Under the pieces are notes generated by a model. It was not told where the DNA came from. It searched no databases and was given only the letters and a program-made list of their open reading frames with translations. The position numbers were made by a program, and so were the translations under genes. A stretch of DNA of 64,000 bases from Epiperipatus broadwayi (taxonomy: Eukaryota; Animalia; Onychophora): positions 8,990,001 to 9,054,000 of the forward strand of contig JAQFVV010000003.1 in assembly GCA_028023455.1 (NCBI GenBank), read 5' to 3'. Below are positions 1 to 13,336 of this stretch, piece after piece. Position 1 is the first letter of the stretch. Each line of letters opens with the position of its first letter.

Positions 1-2379
1 AAAAAAAATCTGAAAGACACCATGCCCATATTTAAATTTCAGCTTATGATCATAATCATATAGGAGCAGATGTCATGAGTCTCTTATAAACTAATTTTTA
101 AAATAATCATGTTTTTACTAGGTTTCTTTAAATATAAAGAACCTCTTGGCATTATTAGATAGTGCATCTTCATACCATATCATGGCATATCCTTTGGTTT
201 TATCTGGATGAACATGGAAATGTTATAAATCATATGCAACTTAAATTTTTTTAAAAGTAATTGACTAAACAGTTAATAAATAGATAGAGAATAAAAGATT
301 GAGGTCTGTCTGGGTTGCAGTCATAAGTGTTGATACTGTAAAATTACGATTGATTTTGAAGTGATTTGTGTCTTTTGTTGTTGGGGAAAGAGATATAATA
401 TTCATGAGTGCTGATTCCTTATTTTACATGTATTCAGTACTTTTAATCTTTAAGACGTTATGTAGAGAGCTCAATATATTTATAATTCAAGATGGTAAAA
501 GCATTTGGTTAACTTTCTAAGTTTCTATACATTATTTTTGAAGGTATTAAGTTTATTTTAAGATTTTTTCAAAATAGTCTCTCTCTTCTATTTCTGCTAT
601 TATTTGATTTTTAAAGTGTTTACACGATACATGGATACCTAAAACCATAGACTATACAGAATTCTATATAATATGAAATGTTTAGTAGATGTACACATTT
701 AGACACCTACAAACATAATTAAATGAAAATAGAATAATGCAAAGATAATATAGTAATAACTCTAGAGAGAAAGAGAGAGAGAGAAATCACGTTTGATTGA
801 ATAATAAGATGAGGGACTGCTTGACTGAAAGATGAATCATAATACTGCCTTTATGTGTATATAAAGAAGTGAATTCAAATGTATACATTTTTAATTTTTT
901 ATTTAATACTTTTTTCAAATTGTAGATTATTGAAATCATGGACAGCAGAGAGTTATGAATGTAGTAAGGAGGATTACTGTAGTTTCCAAGATATTTTTAG
1001 TCATATTTTGCATTTAAAAATTTGACTTAATAATCAAAAGGAGTACACTAAAAGCTTGGCTAAACGTTTGTTTGTCAATAAATAAATCAGATTTAACATA
1101 GAATATCTGTTGTTAATGATTTGTAAAAATAAATTATGATTTGAAAATAATTTTCACAAATAAATTATTCTTATACGTTAATTTTAATTTTTTTTTTTTA
1201 ATTTTTGAATTTTCCAAGTTTCATTTCTTTTACCATATTTAATAAAGTTAAATATTTAATTATTTTAATAACGGCTTAATTAAAGCTGATTAATCTCGTT
1301 TTGAAAACTTGTAATTTACAATTTAATGTAAATTTGATAAATTAATTTTTTAAAAAAAATAATAAAAGATTGTCTGTTTTAATTTAATTTTGTGAGCGTT
1401 AAATTAAAAAAAAAATCTTTTTGTCGTTAGAGCTGTTTTACCAGGTAACATTCATTTTTGCGTTGTTATAATTGAAATCTTGAAATAAATTGTATTTAAT
1501 GTTTGATGAGTAATGACATTGCCATTGATGATGATTAAAGGTTACAGGCTGTTTACTGTATCATCCATTCTTAATTCAATTTGTAAGCAATTGGTAACCT
1601 ACATTTGTTTTAGTCCAGAATGATATTATTTTACTATTAGTCAATTCTAGTTCCCAGAAGCCTAAATAATTTATGAATACATTGTTATTGACCTTTAATG
1701 CATCATCATGTTTTTTTACAATCTTTTTTAAATTGCAGCTAACAATCACAGGCTAATAAAAATTATACCAGTGGATTATTGTAGAGCTTAAATAATCTGG
1801 TCCTGCCTTTTTTATTTTGGAAGATGCCTAACAAAAGATTGTGATTGGTTATTATTATAAAGAGTCTATCATATAAATATTTATCAGAATTTTTTAATTG
1901 CTGTTTGATCACTAATGCTTCTTTATTCAATTAATTGTAATGTGTTTTGGTCTTTGTCGTTGTTTAGGACATGAATGTTATTGGATATTTTCCATCTTCA
2001 GAGGAATAACTACTTCAATTTTATAATCTGATACATCCATTATTAAGGTTACATTCAATGTATTATTGAACTGTACTAATAATTTCTTAGATGTTAACAC
2101 TAATTTTATTTTGTTACAAGTTCTCTCTTGTGATTTCTTCCAAATTCAACATTGATATTTGTGAAGCAAATTATATAATGGTGTAATAACATGAGTCTTA
2201 CTGTTTACGAAATTTTACTAGTCCTAGGAAGGCCTGCAATTCTTTATATTTTTTGGTCTCTGGGCATTCTCAATTATTTTTATTTTTTAGTTCTGTGCTC
2301 ATAACAATGTTACCCTCAAATTTTTTTATTCCAATTTCATTTTTTGGAATTCAGTTTAGCTTCAAATTTTGAGAGTCCA

Positions 2380-2900
2380 CTCACACATATTATTTACTCT
2401 ATTTCACAATGATTTCTCTGAATTAACCACAATTAGAATATCAAAGTATGATATAACTTCTTTCATTTCTCATTGCAACACATCTACTTTTGCTTGGAAT
2501 ATGTTGAGAACTGTTATAATTCTAAAAGGAAGGCAGTTATATTTAATCAAGCCCTTATGAGTTGTAGTCATCAGCAAGTTTTCATTTTCTCAGACATTGG
2601 TAGCTGATGAAAAACAGCATTTAAAATTTAGCTCTGAAGCAATATTTTTCTTCCTAAAGTAGCTAGTATTTGCATCACCTATACTAGCTAACACTTCTAT
2701 ATTAGTGACAGGATATAGACTTTTAGTTATGCTTTTTTGATAGTTAGTCTATGGTTCCTACATATACAAATTTGTCCATTGCACTTGGTAGTAATAACTA
2801 TAATAGTGGTCCACTCTGAATTTTCAAAAGGTGTCAATATCCTTTTTTATTAAAATATTTATGGCTTCCTCAATTTTTGTTTTCTGCAGAAATGATATTT
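2380..2900 (-). pseudogene. pol: Gypsy reverse transcriptase relic
   Basis: GILTPFENSEWTTIIV..NGQICIC..YPVTNIE..TTHKGLIKYNCLPFRI..NIFQAKVD..VISYFDILI. Confidence 0.8.
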
Positions 2901-3799
2901 TCTACAACTTCCAGTGAACATGTTTTATGCTTTCCTGAAGCTCTATGTTAACAGTTGCTATATTTATTCTCTATTCAGTCTCAAATAATTAAAAAAAATT
3001 TACCTTACATTTCCCTTTCAATATTGATTTTGTTATCATACAAATTTTTATATCTAGAGGATAAACCATTCTCTACATAATATGAGCTTTAAATTGTTAC
3101 TATATACAATTTAATTTTTTCTTGATGCTTATTTACTCAATCATTATTTTAACTACCCTGTTAACATTGATGTCATTTCCATTCACATCATTAGCTTTAA
3201 TATTTGTTTTCATTAACTTAGAGTAGTACTTTATTTCTTTGCTTATTCTAGTTCAATCCCTCTGAGATATGAATGATATCACCAGCATGGCTATGTGTTT
3301 GTTGATTATTTCTTACTGTTAACATTATTTTCTGGAAATTATATAGGTTGCCTTATTTTATTTCATAATTACAATCAACTAGATTAGCTTTACTCTTCAG
3401 TGGATTTTTTAATTTGTTTTTGGTTTTAATACAGCAGACTTGAGCTAAATACTTACCTGGTCAAATTTGCTTTACTTCACATTTTTACAATTTCAATCCC
3501 ATACTATGTGTTCTGGTTTTCCATCATGGTATACATTAACATTTTGTGGACATATAGACTTGTTTGCTTTCAGAATTTGTTATTTGTTTGAGATCTTCTG
3601 TGTTAAATTAATGAAACTCTTTAACAGACTTAAAACTAACTCATGGGAAATGGCTTTTTTGATAGTTTTCACATAAAGCATGTCATAAATGAACAATAGC
3701 TGCTGTCACAATTTTCATCCACCAGCCCCACAGGAACTTTTCCAACACTGAGAGTTGTGAGTCAAATGAAAGTCTGAGTTCAAATCCCACATATATTAC

Positions 3800-4170
3800 A
3801 TATATAAATGCAGGCATTAAAAATGTATTAATGTGACTTTCTCTAAATTATTCCTGTAAGCACAATTTTTTGCCAAGTCTCTCAAAGCAGCATCATAATC
3901 CCTAAAATTTCCTCTCTTTCTTGGGGTCTATTTTATTAATGAAAATGAGCTATATGTCTAGAGGATTTAGGGCTAAAATGGTTGCTCAAGCATATAACTA
4001 GTGCTGCATACATTAAACTTTCAGAGTCTGCAAGTTCACATGGTTGTTTTACTATTTTGATTAGTTTTTAATCACTTGAAAGAAGTAATGTGGCCACTTT
4101 CATAATGTCATCTTGTGTACTATTTGCATTAAAATATCTATATATCCCCTTTGTATAGATAGGCTACTCA
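3800..4170 (-). pseudogene. gag: Gypsy gag relic
   Basis: DLSE*PIY..RYFNANSTQDDIMKVATLL..SNHFSPKSS..NRPQEREE / RDYDAALRDLAKNCAY, with stops and frameshifts. Confidence 0.8.
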
Positions 4171-4471
4171 GAGAGATCATTACTGCTAATATGTTATTTA
4201 CTGATTAATAGTTAATGTAAATTATTCTCTAATGTTCACTTATGTTTTAGCAAACAGTACCCTATCCTAGTTTCATATTAATTATCTGTGGCATTACTGG
4301 TTCTCAGATGTGCCAATTGAAAATGCTATGCTCAGAATCACCAAGCCATCACAATTGTGGTTTTGAATAAAAGTCCAAACAGCCATGTAAATTAAAGAAA
4401 AGAAACTACAAAATAATTAAAAATGAACATTTAATGTATTATATATTATTACTTGAACAATGCAATATTAA

Positions 4472-4660
4472 CATATTACCAGTTTCACCCAAAGGATACT
4501 AAAACATAATATAGATGAAAGTGATCATCCCTTTATTGACCTTGTCTCAGGATGTGGTTGGGTACCAAGACTTGTCCCAATCCTTGTTTTTCTAGGTGTT
4601 GCTTCTATGCTTATGTATTGACAGATTTAACACAGTTTAAATAACCATCATTTATGACAT
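4472..4660 (-). repeat. Putative 5' LTR and decayed primer-binding site of the Gypsy relic
   Basis: On the minus strand an AATAAA lies ~45 bp before TGGTAATATG (4481-4472), ~280 bp upstream of gag. This resembles a CpG-decayed TGGCGACGAG-type PBS (inference). The partner LTR is outside the window. Confidence 0.35.
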
Positions 4661-4769
4661 GCTCTAAAATCATCTTAATTAATTCCAAAGTTTTTATTTT
4701 TAGACTATAGTCTAAGAGATAATTGATTTAAAGATAATTATTGTTTTTCCCACATTAAGCAAATCAACG

Positions 4770-5950
4770 ATATTTAATAATATATATTCTTCTTTTCTTT
4801 CGACATCTTTTTATTTAATATACATCCACTTAGCATCCACACATTAGATCATTTTATTTTTTATTAATTGGATTAGAACATTACTAATGTGATAAATTGA
4901 AATAATAGGTAACATATTCAATTGGGAATGTGTCTCATAAATCGTGCGAAAATATTGAAGTATATAGTGATTGTTATCATTTTGCATGGAAAAAAAAATT
5001 GTAATAAAAAATATAAATAAAACGTTATATCACTTAATTTTTGATGAAACATTTTAATCTAATTAAAATCAATTTATTCAATATTTTTTATCAATTATAA
5101 AGGAAAAAAATAGATAAGAATGCTTTTTGTCATATTAGCATTCATAAATAATTATTGCAAAATATAATTACTATACTAACCAGGTGACTGTATTAATATA
5201 AATTATTTTATTTATCCTTTTATGATAAAAGTTAAATGTGACCATTGTTGTGTTATAAGATTTGTTAACTTATTTATTAGAAAATCAGTTTGCTTATGAA
5301 ATGAAAGAAAACGTCTTCTTGTCATATTTATTTTCAATTTAAATTATCCACAAATATATATAATTTTATCTACAAATTGCTTTAGTAAAGTTCTAACGTT
5401 GACATTAATTACTTTCAAACCAACGGATAAAACTACAGAATCACATACAAAAAAAAAAGAGAGAGAGATGCAAAAGGAGTTTGTTATAATTTCACTATTA
5501 TAACTGAATAAAAATAAAAGTGCCATTTAAAAATGTGAGGGTTTGACCGTATCTATCCATTAGAAAAATAGAAATAAAATTAAAAATGGCTTTAATTTAA
5601 TCAGTTAAAATGAATAAAATAAAAAATGTCGAATATTTGTGTAGAAAGCATCAGATAAAAGACAGATTACATGAAAATATATATACAACATGTATTGAAT
5701 GTAACTAAAAACTAATACTTTCATATTAAGGAACGAAATATATTGTCAGTTTAGAATTCATTTTACTTAGAATGATTATTTTTCTGCTTTTAGATTATTA
5801 CTTAAACTAGTACTGTATATATTATTATTTGACTTCCAAGATGAAAAACATCGACAAAACTGTCACTGTAATTTGGTAAATATATGTATACACGCACGTA
5901 CACATTTAATTTAATGGTGTTTTTGAATACGTTTTGTTGAGATGGTATAA
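4770..5950. promoter_or_regulatory. CpG-retaining AT-rich region, possible unmethylated regulatory DNA
   Basis: About 15 CpGs in ~1.2 kb, versus almost none in the adjacent 3-kb LINE; AAAATGGC motif near 5583. Confidence 0.25.
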
Positions 5951-6278
5951 AATATTTTATATCTTCTACAATAGATTACATTACTAAAAATGAAAATCCA
6001 TTTATTAATTTTTATTTATAGTTTTTTAAAAAAAAAAAATTATGAAAATGACTATTGTATTTTTGTTTAGAGATGATCCAGAATACAGATGGTGTATGCA
6101 TAAATAAACATGTAAATTTAAAATGTGATGAATGAAAAAATACCCGATGTTAAAATAAAAAGTGTAAAGTAAAATAGGTAAAACAATACTATAAATATAA
6201 GATGAATAAATAAAATTATAAAAAAGAAATAAAAATTGAATACCTTGTATTGACTTAAATACTAGAAGGAAAAAGTTA

Positions 6279-6323
6279 GATGATGATGATAATAATAATA
6301 ATAATAATAACAACAACAGCAAC
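6279..6323 (+). repeat. Compound (GAT)n(AAT)n(AAC)n microsatellite
   Basis: Read directly; abuts the 5' end of the LINE. Confidence 0.95.
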
Positions 6324-6329
6324 TAAATG

Positions 6330-9212
6330 TCACTTATTGAAACATGCTATTCTTGCAGAAAAATATCTAATAGCCTTGACAGAAACATGGTTGAATTATC
6401 AATTTGTTACCTATCAGATGGTGGATCATAGATATTTACTTTATAGACATGATTGCGTAAACTCTAAGCTTTCAAGAGGTGGAGGTGTTTATTGGCTGTT
6501 AAAAACAACATTGTAGCAAAGCAAGTAAATATAGAATTGAATTTTGTTGATTCTATTTGGATTGAAATGATATTAAGATCTCAATTGTTTTTGGTTGGTA
6601 ATACATATATTCCTCCTTATGTTAATATAATTGAACTAAATAATGATTTGGAGAAATTGGAAAAAATATTTACTTAATTATAAGCACAATATTTTGCTCT
6701 GTGGTGACTTTAATGCACAATATGTGATGCCAGCAGATGAAACAACTGAATTATGCAATAATGAAATAAATAAAGGACAAAGAATTGTAGAATTTATGAA
6801 TATAACTGGTGTAGTATGAAGAAATTAGTTAAAAATAATAATGGATGTATTCTAGATTTTACATTAATTAACTTTAATGATGTAGATGTGAGGCATAGTG
6901 TACAGCCATTATTGAAAGAAGACTCTCATAATCCAGCAATTAAGTTTTTTGCTTATGTCAAACACTTATCATTAAATGAGGGTATGATAACTTCAAATAG
7001 AAATTATAAACTTAGTGATTATTATAATTCATATTATGACATCAAGTATGCTAATTGGGACCAAATATATTGTTCCCCAAATATAAATGAGACAGTAGAT
7101 CTGTTTCAAAAAATTATACAAAACATTTTAAATAATAGAATACCATTATGCTATGAATCATCTAAAAAATATTCTCCTTGGTTCTCTAAAAAAATGATAT
7201 GTATTTACAAAAGAAAACAAGCATCATAAGTTGTTAAGAAATCAGGATCAATAATATATTATAATAACTCCATAGATTTTAGAAGATTATTTAAAATCAT
7301 AGAAAAAATTGATTTCAAAAGATATATTGAGAAACTAGAGAACAACATAAATTGCAATTCAAATTACTTTTGGTCATTCATTAAAAAACATTCTGTTGTA
7401 AAAAATAAAATGTCAATTGACAATGGTAGTTTTACAGTTGATGATTTTGCCAACTGCTTCTTATCATATACAGGGAGAAATGTGCTATCTAAATCATATA
7501 CAGTTAAGTCATATATTGCTTTTAAAAGTGATGATTTGATAGTTATTGATTCATTAAATTATAATGACATTTTATTAGCAATAAAACAGCTTAAAATTAA
7601 AAAAAGTTTTGGATATGATATGTTACCTGTTTTTATTTATAAAGGATGTGCAGAACTGCTAGCTCCAGTGCCTTGTTATATTTTTAATATCTCTTTACAG
7701 CAGAGTATTTTACCTGATTTGTGGAAAGTTGCAAAAGTTAAAAAGTCAAATCAAATGATGTTGGTAATTATAGACCTATTTCATTTTTATGTATAGCTGT
7801 AAAAATCTTTGGAAAATGTGTGTATAATAATATAATAGATAAAGTATGTAAATACTTATCTAAAACACAACATGGTTTTATTCCAGGTAGATCTGTTGAG
7901 AATGCTATTGCAAATGCACTTGATAACAGATTACAGCTAGATGTGATTTATTTTGATTTAAGCAAAGCATTTGACTGAGTATATCACTTTAGATTGATTA
8001 GTAGGTTGCACACTATTGGTTCTAGTTGTGAACTTCTGCAGTGGTTTGTATCTTTTGGCTCAAATAGACCTAATTTTGTATCTTTTGGGTCTGCACAATC
8101 ATACACATATTTTAGTAATGCTGGAGTGTCTCAAGAAAGTATATTTGGACCACTGATTTTTCAGTTTATTCTGTGGATATAGAGCAGTGTGCAAATGGTT
8201 TTGACATTCTTTTCTTTGCAGATGATATTAAACTGTATAAAACTATTAATAATTTTGATGATCAGAAGATTTTGAAGTCTGATATCAAAAGATTTCAGGA
8301 TTGGTGTGTAAGAAACAATATGGAAATTAACATTGAAAAATGTTGTGTCATATTGTTTTCTAAAAAATCATCTACAAGTCTGTTTAATTATACACTAAAC
8401 TCAAAAAATATTTCAAGAAAAAAATATCATAAAGATTTAGATATTATTTTTAATAATAATGGAACATTTAATAATGATACTCAAAATATTATTACAAAAA
8501 GTTATAAAATAATGGGTTTAATTCTCAGAAACTGTAAAATATTTAAGAGAAATACATGTGTATATTTGTTTCATACATTGGTTTTACCTATTTTAAATTA
8601 TGGATCTTTCATCTGGAACTTATGTAAATTAAGTAATAGATTAGCACTGGAAAAGGTTTATAAATTTTTTTAAGATATATTAAATCAGAAGTAATATGTC
8701 ATGACAATGCACTCTACAAAAGACAAATCTATACTGATATGAAGTACTTAAAAAAATTATATCAGGCATAATAGATGTGAGAAGTTGCCAAACAACATTA
8801 TCATTTAAGATGAAGATAAAGAATATGAGATTTAAAAATTTGTATAATATTCCAAAATTTAAAAGTGAAACATTAAAAAATTTAGCATTAGTAAGATTAA
8901 AAGCCAATAAACATCACATGATCACCATTTCTTGTGCTTGCTTATACCTGTTATTAAAACAGGCAAAAACTCACTATACATATTGCCACACAGCAAGCTA
9001 CAGTAATCAATAGATGCCAGAAGTCTTGTGCCTGTTTTAACATTACTAAGATTACCTAGATTATATAATAAATACTTTAATGCTGTTAATATATTTGAAA
9101 CAGATGATAGAACATTTAGAACTACTGTGCAAAAAACTCTGCAAATACTTTGTGAATTAGATTTGTTGTGCATTTTTGTTTAGATGTAAAATCTTTAAAT
9201 GTACTAAATTAA

Positions 9213-9213
<1 letters not shown>
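6330..9213 (+). mobile_element. Degenerate CR1/Jockey-group non-LTR retrotransposon ORF2 (AP endonuclease + RT), 5'-truncated
   Basis: APE motifs IALTETWL, YRHD..GGGV, YIPP, LCGDFN, LDF, EDSHNPA. RT motifs GYDMLP..KGCAELLA..IFNISL, QHGFIPGRSVE, QLDVIYFDLSKAFD, GVSQESIFGPLIF, FADDIKLY, WCVRNNMEINIEKC. Many stops and frameshifts. Confidence 0.92.
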
Positions 9214-9271
<58 letters not shown>

Positions 9272-9468
9272 GATGATGATGATGTTTCAAAGATATATCT
9301 TTATTGATTCTTCAAAAAGGTTACATAGATTTTACACATTATTATTATGATGATGATGATGATGATGATGATTATTATTATTATTATTATTATTATTATG
9401 ATGATGATGATGTTTCAAAGATATATCTTTATTGATTCTTCAAAAAGGTTACATAGATTTTACACATT
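9214..9468. repeat. (TTA)n/(TGA)n compound microsatellite containing two identical 56-bp copies (9285-9340, 9413-9468)
   Basis: tttcaaagatatatctttattgattcttcaaaaaggttacatagattttacacatt occurs twice, separated by microsatellite. On the minus strand it contains AATAAA. Confidence 0.95.
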
Positions 9469-11790
9469 TTGATTGGGTTGTGTTACATGAGTAATCTTGG
9501 CTAGAGTTAATTGTTGAGCATAGTTTTACTTTTTATGAGTTTGCTTGTAATTTCACATGTCCTTGTAATTTTTTTGTTGGTATGACCACTGTGGTCTATT
9601 AATTAATTTGGGTTTACAATATTATGCAATTGGTTGGAAAATATCTGGATTAATAGGCAATGTCTATTGCTGCATTTATGGATATGTAAATAGATGCTGG
9701 TTATTTGATCCAATGTACTCTGATTATAGGTTGGAAGGTTGTTTTATAAGGGACCATGTTGCTGCTATGATGTCTGGAGAAGTCAATTTTGTAATCTCTG
9801 GCCCTTCATTGTTAAAGTTTGTTTATAAAGGTGACCAGATGTCATCAGATGTTATTTCCGAATGTGAAGGTGTAATGAGTGCACCAGTATGCATGTAGTA
9901 GTAATGTGATTGCTCATATTGTGAGTATAGAAGATTTTTTATATGATTCCATGATATTTTTTATTGAGATGTTTTGTGATCGATAGTTATCAATTATGAC
10001 TTTACGTATATTAGATAGAGCTTGGAAAATGTAAAATATGTATTATTGTGTTTCTTCTGGTGTGTGTCAAAGATTGCAGAAGGGATCAATGTTGGTGTAT
10101 AGATGTCAAAAGTGGAGGAAATATGAGATTGGCAATGCATGTAGATTTATTCTCAAAATGAAATCGAAATATTTAGGCTCCAATGACCATTTTCTGAACC
10201 TTCTTAGTAATTGACCATTGTTTATTCCTAGTATTGGTGTGTTTCTTTAGAGACACCTGGGTATAATAAGTTGTGGATTATTTGTCTGTGAATTGAATGT
10301 CTATTTGATTAGATATGCTTGTGATGGATTGTATGAGAAGTGGTATATATTTGGAGGATAGTGGTGTATCTGTTGGCATGACTATGAGTAAGAAAAGTGT
10401 GGATAGTGTGAAGGCCTAGTCCATTGTTAGTTGTTGTTTTGCTAAGGCATTTAGCTGTTGCTGCAACAGCTTTTCACCCCATCGTATCTTGGTGCAAAGC
10501 GATAATATTTTCGAAGTGAAATATATTAAAAATTTTATTATGGGGAAAAAAGTAGGTAATTTTGCTAATAATAAGCATGTTAAATAATTGAACTTTGAAG
10601 TAAATAGAGAGGTAGGCCTTTGAAAGAGAGGCTGTGATATTTGCACAGTTTCTAGTAGTTTATTTTGTATGTTTTGCCTCATTGCACTAGTCCACATATA
10701 AAATGGAAAGCCAAGAAAAGTAGTAGGTTAGCCTTGAAATATTTTTGTATAGGGCTTGGTTGTGTGTATAGAGCAGGCAGCTGTTTTATTGAGGTTGAAT
10801 CATAGTTTAAAATTAGAAGTGAATTCAGCTAGTATTTTTTGTAATATTGGAAATTATTTACAAAATTTTAGAAAAATGGTAATGGATGATCCATATATGC
10901 TGTACATGGAATATACTGTTGAGAGTGTGGGATTTGAATTCCAGATATTTTTTTAATTTTTCTTATGAGTGGATCAATATAAAAGGTGAAAACAAGGGAA
11001 CTTAATGGTGAACCTTGTGAGATTGATTGGGTAGGTGTGAATGTTGGTGATTTTCTGCCATTACGTGTGATGTGAATCTGTCTATTAAGAAGAAGATTAG
11101 CAATTATGTAAAGTAGCGTAGAAAGGATGGTAGTGTTTAGCTAGTCTGTCAAGTAGTATTTTTATTGGCATTGACTTGAAAGCTGCCTTGATGTCTAATT
11201 GAACAGCAATTGGTGCATACTTTTTGTTTTTTACTGTAGTCATGATTGTTTTGAAAGGTAGTGCTGTCTGTCCTGTGTATGACTCTTTTTTAGGAAACTG
11301 GAAGGGTGAGACTAGGGAGAATATATGTTGTTCAAATTGACCTTTAATGACTTTTTCTAAGATCTTAATGCCTAATAATCCCATAGAAATAGGGCAAAGG
11401 TTGTTGAATGTTGATATCTAAATTGTTTTTTATTAAAATGTACAATGGCTATGATATTTAATTCTTTGATGTCATAAATTTTCCATGACAAGTAGTTAGC
11501 TAGATTGCATATATATTGTGTAGTAAATTGGCTCAAATGTGAGAAAACAAACTTAGGGATGCTGTTTGTTCCAGGATAGTGGCAAGTTTGGCTTCAAACT
11601 GGACAGAGTTAAATGGAGTGTCTGTTTCTTGTGGTTCAAAATGGTTATGTTGTGTAAATATTAGTTGTTTCTGGAGTTTTTTTCTTAAAGTTCTGAAAAA
11701 TAGGCTGTGTCATGTTTTGTCCAGCCATGGGGACTCTCAATTTTGGGCAATGTCTGGGTGCCCAATGAATGTAACCTCTAGACATGTCAT
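9285..11790 (-). mobile_element. Degenerate L1/Tx1-clade non-LTR retrotransposon (RT + C-terminal zinc knuckle), 5'-truncated, (CAT)n(AAT)n tail
   Basis: CPISMGLLGIKILEKVI, QLDIKAAF, SISQGSPLSSLVFTFYIDPLIRKI..GIQIP..CTAYMDH, and zf-RVT-like RINLHALP..DPFCNL*HTPEETQ*YIF. AATAAA precedes the microsatellite tail. Confidence 0.8.
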
Positions 11791-11891
11791 TGACTTTATA
11801 TTATATATATGATATTAAATGAAAGATAAACCGAGTTTAATTTCTTTAATAATTATTACTAACATTTATTAAGTTAATCATCATTGTTATA

Positions 11892-12450
11892 AGATTTAAA
11901 ATACAGATTTTCTTCACATACCTGGAGCTTAATTGTAAATATAGGTTATTTGAACACAGACTTTCAAGTGCCTTTCAACTTTCCACTCTGTCTCTTACCA
12001 CTGATACACATGACCACATACATGTAGAAAAGATAATCACCAATATATGTATTTTGTTCTTCTATGTATTTAAATAAATAATGTCCTATACATGAGTGGT
12101 CAGAGTAACTTGAGGTCAACATGAGCATGGAAATAATATTGGCATCAGCATGTGATTTGGGCTTTTCATCCTTTTCAATGGTATGGATGGCTGAAGAGTT
12201 AGAGATTGAAGTAGATTGAAGCCTGTCCATTAAAGTATAAAGATTTGCTATCTTAATATAAACTGAGCACTGATTATATATATGTGTGTGTGTGGGAGAT
12301 GATAATCTGGACAAACTAATGACTGTTGATTCAGCACAAAATAGGTATATTGATGATTACTTATTTTTTCTACATGTGTATCAATGATATGAAATAGTGT
12401 AGATAGTTGAAGGATGCTTGAAAGTCTGTGTTCAAATCCCATATATTTAT
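11892..12450. mobile_element. Small insertion with outward-facing inverted tRNA-like arms and a 16-bp flanking direct repeat
   Basis: Arms ~11935-12065 (minus) and ~12340-12450 (plus) share ..ttgaaagtctgtgttcaaat.. (B-box-like) and gtgtatca(g/a)tg(g/a)ta (A-box-like). Flanks are aatcatcattgttata (11876-11891) and aatcaccattgttata (12451-12466). Confidence 0.6.
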
Positions 12451-13336
12451 AATCACCATTGTTATATTAATAAGTATTAATGATCTACTTAATTGTGTGC
12501 ATGCAAAAATTTGAGAGCTATATTTATAATTTAATTTTAAATTAGAAAATCTTGCTGGATAATACCAATGTTTAAGTTATCTATATGGTCTATTCTAATT
12601 ACTATGATTTGATTATTTTATTAATAACTTGAATGCAGTTACTTTATTGATTTTTAAAATCATTTAAAGCTGTTTTCCCATTCATAGATAAAAAATTATT
12701 TAATCCAAATTTCATCAAGATTAGATAGATGGGTATTTATGTATTAGACCTGCTGCCTGTGTTTGTGATGGAAGAATGCCATACCTTTCTGCAGGGGAGG
12801 GGAGGTATTTGCAACAGCAGAATACCATATTAAATATAACTTGAATACACTTTTGGTGCAGAGCACTCTTTTCAAGGGCAAACAAACATTTTACTCAAAA
12901 ATAAAAGAGGAAATACAAACTTCTTTTGGGCAGAGAATGCTGGTTTCTATATTTAAAGACTTTACATTGTTTCTACCCTTTGTCATGTTTCTCTATGTGC
13001 AACATTTATAAATGAGGTAAGATATATTGGAAAGAGGGTGAGTCAACTATCAACTTGATTGGAATGCTAGATTGCCTGTATTAAAAATTAAGTTCAAGTA
13101 GAATGCACTGCTTTATTCTTAATATATATATATATATATGCTACATAATTTTTTACCTTATCAAGAAAACTAAATCCTACAAATAGACCATGGAGTCCCC
13201 TATATGTTGTTTTGCCATTAAAGCATCAGTAATGTATGTGTAGAGATTATTACTAATAATTCAGTTAATGAAGCTTTAATCCAACACATTAATAAAAATA
13301 TACCTTAAAATTATAAGGTTTATTAAAATTCATATT

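Larger units (their letters stand above)
1..4660 (-). mobile_element. Degenerate Ty3/Gypsy LTR retrotransposon (gag-PR-RT-RH-INT order), continuing off the left edge, with later insertions
   Basis: Manual minus-strand translation gives frameshifted motifs in Gypsy order: gag RYFNAN..DDIMKVATLL..NHFSPK..RPQE..YDAALRDLAKNC; RT SEWTTIIV..TTHKGLIKYNCLPF..IFQ..SYFDILI; RH TNHNLLLGIF..DDAL; connection WTKTN..IKNG*; integrase N-terminus H..HP...K..A..IW near 140-300. Confidence 0.85.

Noticed and set aside
3452-3470. Perfect minus-strand donor CAG|GTAAGT
   Set aside because: All three upstream frames stop within a few codons, and it lies inside the Gypsy relic.
4298-4405. Minus-strand 108-bp AG/GT-bounded frame WTFIQNHNCDGLVILSIAF, loosely like the Prune DHHA2 region
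   Set aside because: It lies between the putative PBS and gag, i.e. in the Gypsy leader. No other Prune-like exons were found and the similarity is short.
4483-4620. Plus-strand frame DESDHPFIDLVSGCGWVPRLVPILVFLGVASMLMY*
   Set aside because: It is antisense to the putative LTR, has no recognisable family and no compatible upstream exon.
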